A stretch of DNA of 64,000 nt. Source: an uncultured Gemmatimonadales bacterium. Its GTDB lineage: Bacteria > Gemmatimonadota > Gemmatimonadetes > Longimicrobiales > RSA9. Under the pieces are notes generated by a model. It was not told the DNA's origin. It ran no database searches and worked only from the letters and a program-made list of their open reading frames with translations. Shown here one piece after another: positions 55,701 through 64,000 of this stretch; the first letter of the stretch is position 1, and the number at the start of each line of letters is the position of its first letter. Location: positions 320,001 to 384,000 of the forward strand of contig OY970192.1 in the NCBI GenBank assembly GCA_963708135.1. The letters run 5' to 3'. The position numbers and the translations under genes were made by a program.

Positions 55701-58670
55701 TTACTTCAGCCGCACGATCTCCAGGCGGAAGGCGCCGGGCACGGGCGCGCCCGTGGGGCCGCGGAGCTGGAGGAACTCGGCGGCGGTCTGCACGCCCGAC
55801 AGGTCGAAGAGGGCCGCGGTGCCGCCGGGCAGGCCGTCGAGGGTGACGCCGAAGGCGCCGAAGGAGACCCGCTGTGGCGCGGACGGCCAGGCGGCGGGGT
55901 AGCGCTGCGGGTCGGCCGCGTGCAGCCCGGCGAACACCGAGGGCAGGTTCCAGCTCGGGAAGGCGAGCTGCGGCCGCTCCGGCGCGAGGCCGGCGTCGTC
56001 GTCGAGCGCGAGCGCGAGCGACCAGTCGGCGAGCATCTCCGGGAACGGATGCCCCGCGCGGGCCTCGAGGTTGGCGATGCCGGTGCGGCGCGGCTCCTGC
56101 ACGAGCGCCTTCAGGAAGTCCGATTCCGAGCCGGCGTACTGGTCGATCGTCCAGCGCAGAAGCGACCAGGCGCTGCCATAGAACGACGCATCTCCGGGCG
56201 GCACTGCGCCGAGCGCGGAGTGCACGGCCGCGGCGGCGAGGTAGTCGGCCAGGCGGCTGAAGTGGAAGTCCAGCACCAGCGGCGTGCCCGCGCAGCCGGC
56301 GTCCGCCGGACGCAGCTCGCAGGCGAGCGGGCTGCCGAAGCCAATGTCGCCTCCGGCCGCGTAGCCGAACACCTGCCGCGCCCAGATCTCCTCCGCGACC
56401 ATGGCGGTCGCCTCCTCGAGCCACGGCTCTTCCGCCGGCGCGCCGAGCGACAGCTTCTCGGCGTAGGCGGTGAGGTGCTTGGCCTCGTGGATGAGCGTGG
56501 CGCGCATGACCCGCCGCCAGCCCTCCGCCGTGAGGGCGCCCGGAACCGAGGGCACGATGCCCGCCGCGCTGTCCGTGGGCACGATGCCGTACAGGATCTC
56601 GGCCCGGTTGCTCTCCTGGCACGTGCCGTTGTCGAGGAAGTCGCCGGCGAACGTGAAGCCGTAGAGGTCGCCTTCGGCGTTCGCCCGCGGCGTGAGCAGG
56701 ATCATCACGTGGCCCGTGCCGCCGAGCTGGGCGTCGTAGGCCATCGGATCCCCGAAGCCGGCCTGCAGGATCGGGTAGTCCACGCTCTCGAACTCGCCCG
56801 CCACCGCGGCGTACACCGAGTCGCTCCGTCCCGCGAGCGGCGCGTCGACATCCTCCAGCACCACGGCGCGGGGGCCCACGTACGTCACCCGCGCCCGCAC
56901 GCTCGCAAAATCGCTGCACGGCGTGGCCGAGCCGATCCGCGGCACCCGCAGCGAGAGCGTGTCGCCGACGGCGGGCAGCGCCGCCTGCACCGACGCCTGC
57001 GTGGAAGCCGACGCATCCGCCGCCAGGACCGCGCGCGCCCCCGCCGCCCCGCCAGCCGAGCCTTCCCGCTCCGCCGCCTCGAGCAGCGCCCCGTCCCGCG
57101 CCAGCCGGCGCAGGTGCGCGGCGCCGCCGACCGGCCGCGTCCCCTCCGCGGCCACAGCGGCCGACACGCGCGCGGACAGCGGACGCAGTGAGCCGCTCGC
57201 CGTCGGGCTGGAGGCCGCCGTGCCGATCAGCGTGAAGCCCCCGGCGGCGCCCGCGCTCGCGGCGCCGTTGGCCACCGACAGCATGTAGCCGCCGCCCTCG
57301 TCCGGCAGCCGGACGCAGCGCGCGGCGGCCGGCTCGAGCAGGACCGAGGCGCCGGGCCCGAGCGCCACGGGGGTGGCCGCGGCCAGCGCGTGCGAGATGG
57401 TCTGCCCCACGCCGCCCACGCGCACCCCCACCGGCACGGCGAACGCCGGCGCGCACGGGAAGGCCTGGGCGGGGGGAACCGTCACCACGAGCTGTGACGG
57501 ACTCGCCTGCGTCACCGTGGCGGGCACCCCCGCGACGGTCACCGTGGTGCTGGACGTGGTGCCGAAGCTCGTGCCGGTCAGCGTGGCCGTCGCGCCGGGG
57601 CGGAGCGTGTCGGGCGAGATGGAGGTGAGGGTCGGCAGCGGCGCGGTGCCGGGCGTCGTCGCCAGCCGGGCGATCCCCGTCCGGCCCTCCGCCTCGGCGC
57701 GGATCATCGTGGCGCCCGGGTAGACGCCGAACGCCACGCCGCTGGAGCTCACCGTGGCGACCGCCGGGTCGGCGCTCGTCCACACCACCGGCCGGTCCGT
57801 GATGGCGTTGCCGTACGCGTCGGCCAGGCTCGCCGCGAGCTGCCGGCTCGCCCCCGCCGCGAGGTCGAGGGAGTCGGGCGCCAGCGTGACGGTCGCCACG
57901 GGCCCCGCCGCCCCGATCGCGTGGAAGCGGACGCTGTCGGCGATGCCGGCGACGGCCGCCGCGGCCGCGTTCCCCCCGGACTTCGTTCCCAGCCGCCAGC
58001 GGGTGCGCGCCACCCCCGCCGAGTCCGTCGCGCTCGTGGCCGGCTCGAGCGAGCCGCCGCCGAGCGTGGCCGTCCACGAGACCGCGACGCCGGGCACGGG
58101 GTTGCCGTGCCCGTCCGTCACCCGCGCCGCGAGCGAGGTCGGAAGCTGCTCCGCCACGGCCCCCGTCTGCGCGTCGCCGGCCGCGCCCGCCAGCTTGGCC
58201 GGCGCCCCCGGCCCGGCACGCGCGTGGAACAGCGCCGTCAGCACGCCCGTGGCCGCGTGCACCGTCGCCTGCACCACCGGCGGCTCGGCGGTGCTCGTGC
58301 CGAGGGTCCAGGTCGTGCGCGCCGTGCCGGTCGCGTCCGTGAGCGCCCCCGCCGAGGACAGCGAGCCGCCGCCGGAGCGGATCACGAAGTGCACCGTAGC
58401 GTTGGCCACGGGCTCGGTCTCCTCGTCCAGCACGCGCACGGCCAGTGGCTCGGGCAGCCGCGAGCCTACCGTGGCCTGCTGGTCCGCTCCCCCGACGATC
58501 ACCATGGACGACGGCGCGGAGGATGGGCCGGCCGGGTCCGAGCAGGCGCCCCAGAGGAGGGCGAGCGCCAGCACGACGCCGGCGGCGAGCGCGGCGCCCC
58601 ACCGGAGGTCCGGGCGGCGAGATGTGCGAGCGGTGCGGGTCACGGCCGTGTTCCTGATGTTTGCCGCCAA
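55701..58670 (-). CDS. lipoprotein with Ig-like/IPT domains and C-terminal HExxH metallopeptidase-like domain
   Basis: WGAC lipobox-like; TDATGTARTTWTLG repeats; WTSADPAVATV; TLIHEAKH..WLEEATA. Start uncertain. Confidence 0.8.
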   Translation of the reverse strand: MAANIRNTAVTRTARTSRRPDLRWGAALAAGVVLALALLWGACSDPAGPSSAPSSMVIVGGADQQATVGSRLPEPLAVRVLDEETEPVANATVHFVIRSGGGSLSSAGALTDATGTARTTWTLGTSTAEPPVVQATVHAATGVLTALFHARAGPGAPAKLAGAAGDAQTGAVAEQLPTSLAARVTDGHGNPVPGVAVSWTATLGGGSLEPATSATDSAGVARTRWRLGTKSGGNAAAAAVAGIADSVRFHAIGAAGPVATVTLAPDSLDLAAGASRQLAASLADAYGNAITDRPVVWTSADPAVATVSSSGVAFGVYPGATMIRAEAEGRTGIARLATTPGTAPLPTLTSISPDTLRPGATATLTGTSFGTTSSTTVTVAGVPATVTQASPSQLVVTVPPAQAFPCAPAFAVPVGVRVGGVGQTISHALAAATPVALGPGASVLLEPAAARCVRLPDEGGGYMLSVANGAASAGAAGGFTLIGTAASSPTASGSLRPLSARVSAAVAAEGTRPVGGAAHLRRLARDGALLEAAEREGSAGGAAGARAVLAADASASTQASVQAALPAVGDTLSLRVPRIGSATPCSDFASVRARVTYVGPRAVVLEDVDAPLAGRSDSVYAAVAGEFESVDYPILQAGFGDPMAYDAQLGGTGHVMILLTPRANAEGDLYGFTFAGDFLDNGTCQESNRAEILYGIVPTDSAAGIVPSVPGALTAEGWRRVMRATLIHEAKHLTAYAEKLSLGAPAEEPWLEEATAMVAEEIWARQVFGYAAGGDIGFGSPLACELRPADAGCAGTPLVLDFHFSRLADYLAAAAVHSALGAVPPGDASFYGSAWSLLRWTIDQYAGSESDFLKALVQEPRRTGIANLEARAGHPFPEMLADWSLALALDDDAGLAPERPQLAFPSWNLPSVFAGLHAADPQRYPAAWPSAPQRVSFGAFGVTLDGLPGGTAALFDLSGVQTAAEFLQLRGPTGAPVPGAFRLEIVRLK

Positions 58671-58814
58671 GCTAACCGCGGCGGCGGCCCCTTCTCAAGG
58701 CACCCCGCGCGGCGCAGCGGGGCCCGCTGCGCGGGGTTGCGCGAGCGCCCTCGGGCCCGCCAACTTCTCCGGCTGGAATACACCGGGACCACGCGCGCGC
58801 TCCCCGAGGGACCC

Positions 58815-58931
58815 ATGAGCCTGGCCGGCACCATCACGTTCATCGTCGTCGCAGGGATCGTCTGGGGCGGCTTCCTCCTCATCCTGGTGACGGCCGTCCG
58901 CAGGGAAGGCCGCAAGCAGCGAGAGGGGTAG
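58815..58931 (+). CDS. MetS-like small subunit of an NSS transporter (38 aa)
   Basis: MSLAGTITFIVVAGIVWGGFLLILVTAVRRE: single TM with WGG motif; GAGGG RBS. Confidence 0.7.
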   Translation: MSLAGTITFIVVAGIVWGGFLLILVTAVRREGRKQREG

Positions 58932-58937
58932 CCCGCC

Positions 58938-62258
<3,321 letters not shown>

Positions 62259-62517
62259 GATATACCGGCTCCGGGTGCTTTGACCCGGGGCCTACCAGGG
62301 TGCCGGCCTTCGCCGCTCTCGGGAGGTCTGCTCTACCGGCGCCAACCGGCGCCACAACAATTCCCTGACAAATCTCTGACAAGACCTCGATCTCGCCGGC
62401 CGCGGATGAGGGTATCTTTGCTCGCGGCGCCTCCTCACGGCCGGGCGCATGTCGGCAGATCCGAGCCGAGTGTTCTGCGCCCACCGCCGGCACGCTTTCC
62501 AGGTCCGAGGTCAAATC

Positions 62518-63292
62518 ATGTCGCGGCTCGAAACCCAGCTGCCGGTCTTCAGGATGGATCCGCCGGAGTATCGGGAGCCTCGGCGGATCACCGCAGCCGA
62601 GGCGGAGGACTGCAGCCTGCCGCATGGTACGGTCCTCCTGCTGCGAGGCAGTGAGGACCGTACGCTCGATGAGCTCCTGAGCTCGTATGAGGCACTTCAC
62701 CTCCGGATCGCCGGGGCACCCGTCGTACTCTGGACCGACCTGCTGCCGCGCGGGGCTACGATCGAGATCGTGCAACGCCTCGCGCGAGCCGGTTTCGATC
62801 CCCCGCTCCTGGATCTCGAAGCGACGCTTCACCACCTGCGGCAGGAGCTGACGAACGTTGCTCGGTTTCCCCGGGCCTTCGTGTCCTGGGCAGAGGCGCG
62901 GGGGCTGGTCCGGGATTATCGACTCGAGAAGGATCTTCACTCGCTCGTGACGGGCGCGCGCGAGCATCGCACCCTGTCGGCGTTCGCGGGCTCCGATCGG
63001 GTTCTCAAGAGCCTCGAACGTGATTTCGACCGCGGCTGCCTTAAGCGGCCGTCCGCATTCTTCCACGTCGTGCGGCTTCTCTGGTTCTGTTTGGACTTGC
63101 AGCGGACTCCGGACGTCCGGATCGCTGACGTTGCGGTCGAGTTTGGCTACGCCAGCGATAAGGTGGGTTTCGAAGACCCTGTCCGAGGGGCTCGGGTTCC
63201 GGCCGACCGAGATCCGGCATCATCTCGGCTGGCAGTGGTTGGCACGGAGTGGGCTCCGGCGGCAGGGGGTCTTCCGGGCTTCGCGTGAATGA
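62518..63292 (+). pseudogene. AraC-like HTH regulator with 1-nt frameshift
   Basis: IADVAVEFGYASD, extra base at about 63160, then WVSKTLSEGLGFRPTEIRHHLGWQWL in another frame; lower GC. Confidence 0.6.
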
Positions 63293-63581
63293 CGGTGCCC
63301 GGCTCCCCCCAATCACGACAGTTTTGTCCGCTGCGGGAGGTTCCGCTCGCGATCTCTTTCGGATAAACTGTTGACTTGATTGCGTCTGCTGAGCCAATGT
63401 CCAATAAATCGGATCCGCCGCATGTACAGTTCCATGTCGGGCGCTCGGCCCGACCAGGCGAGAGCGGACCCATCGGCCATCGGATCTCCCCCTCTCCCTC
63501 TCTCACACTTCGAGGCGAGCAACAACCGACTTCTCATTGCTGTGCGCGCCGGCAGGGTTCCCTTCAACGGAGGAATTGGCT

Positions 63582-64000
63582 ATGCTGAGTACCCGATACC
63601 TGCTTCTCGGGCTCCTCGCAACAACAACGGCGGTCGCGCGCCCGTGGCAAAGGCCGCCGGCGCCGAAGCCCGAGTGTGTGGTGGCCCATTCCTGGGTCAA
63701 CAGTAACTCGCACAGGATTCCCCAACACCTTGCGGAGTTCAGTAGTTACGACCTGGCCTTTCGCAAGGCCATCTTCAATGCGCTCCCGAAGAGCGCGCAA
63801 GCGCGGCTTTGGCATGAGCAACTCCGCCAATATGGGCATTCGCGGCGCCTCTCTGCGACACAGCGCGCATTCGTCTTAGCGTTGGATCGCAGGCTTGAGT
63901 CTCTGCTTGCCCCGGATAACCGTGCCGAGCTAAACCGCGTTTCAAACGACGCCCGACGCGTGCTCGGCTTCGAACTGGCTCGGCAAGTTATCGCCGACCT
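63582..64000 (+). CDS. bacteriocin fulvocin C-related precursor (runs off the window; not in the ORF track)
   Basis: GGAGGA RBS; signal peptide MLSTRYLLLGLLA; AHSWVNSN..IPQHLAEFSSYDLAFRKAIFNALP..RLWHEQL..LSATQRAF..LGFELARQVIAD; no stop. Confidence 0.72.
   Translation, partial: MLSTRYLLLGLLATTTAVARPWQRPPAPKPECVVAHSWVNSNSHRIPQHLAEFSSYDLAFRKAIFNALPKSAQARLWHEQLRQYGHSRRLSATQRAFVLALDRRLESLLAPDNRAELNRVSNDARRVLGFELARQVIAD

Noticed and set aside
63376..63588. 70-aa ORF upstream of the fulvocin-related gene
   Set aside because: No RBS or recognisable motif, and it overlaps the likely promoter and leader region.

Overview
Very GC-rich bacterial chromosomal window. Gene content (ADOP-type permease, VPS10/BNR protein, PRC barrels, dimeric GlyRS) suggests Gemmatimonadota; this is inference, not a database result. 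Layout: (i) 2.8-13.6 kb is an accessory region of small cassette-like genes and decayed genes. It holds two intact toxin-antitoxin modules (AbrB/MazE-Doc and HigBA) bounded by attC-like sites, with no integron integrase in the window. One attC-like site has been hit by two IS elements (IS1380 and IS4) inserted about 18 bp apart. (ii) 13.8-38 kb contains hydrolases, an AAA_14-DUF4143 ATPase with tandem palindromes over its promoter, a Zn-finger-Ku-Ku operon, PRC-barrel genes (one coupled to an MNT-HEPN-like fusion), a histidine kinase and an APC permease-MlaEFD operon. Several of these genes have sigma54-type -24/-12 motifs upstream. (iii) 38-62 kb is mostly housekeeping: glycerate kinase, glyQS, NSS transporter, hypothetical-polX-nth, dehydrogenases, pfpI, tnaA, carB. 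(iv) From about 62.3 kb a lower-GC island starts, with a frameshifted AraC-like regulator and a fulvocin C-related precursor that runs off the window. No rRNA, tRNA or CRISPR array was seen. All family calls come from motif recognition by eye; no searches were run.
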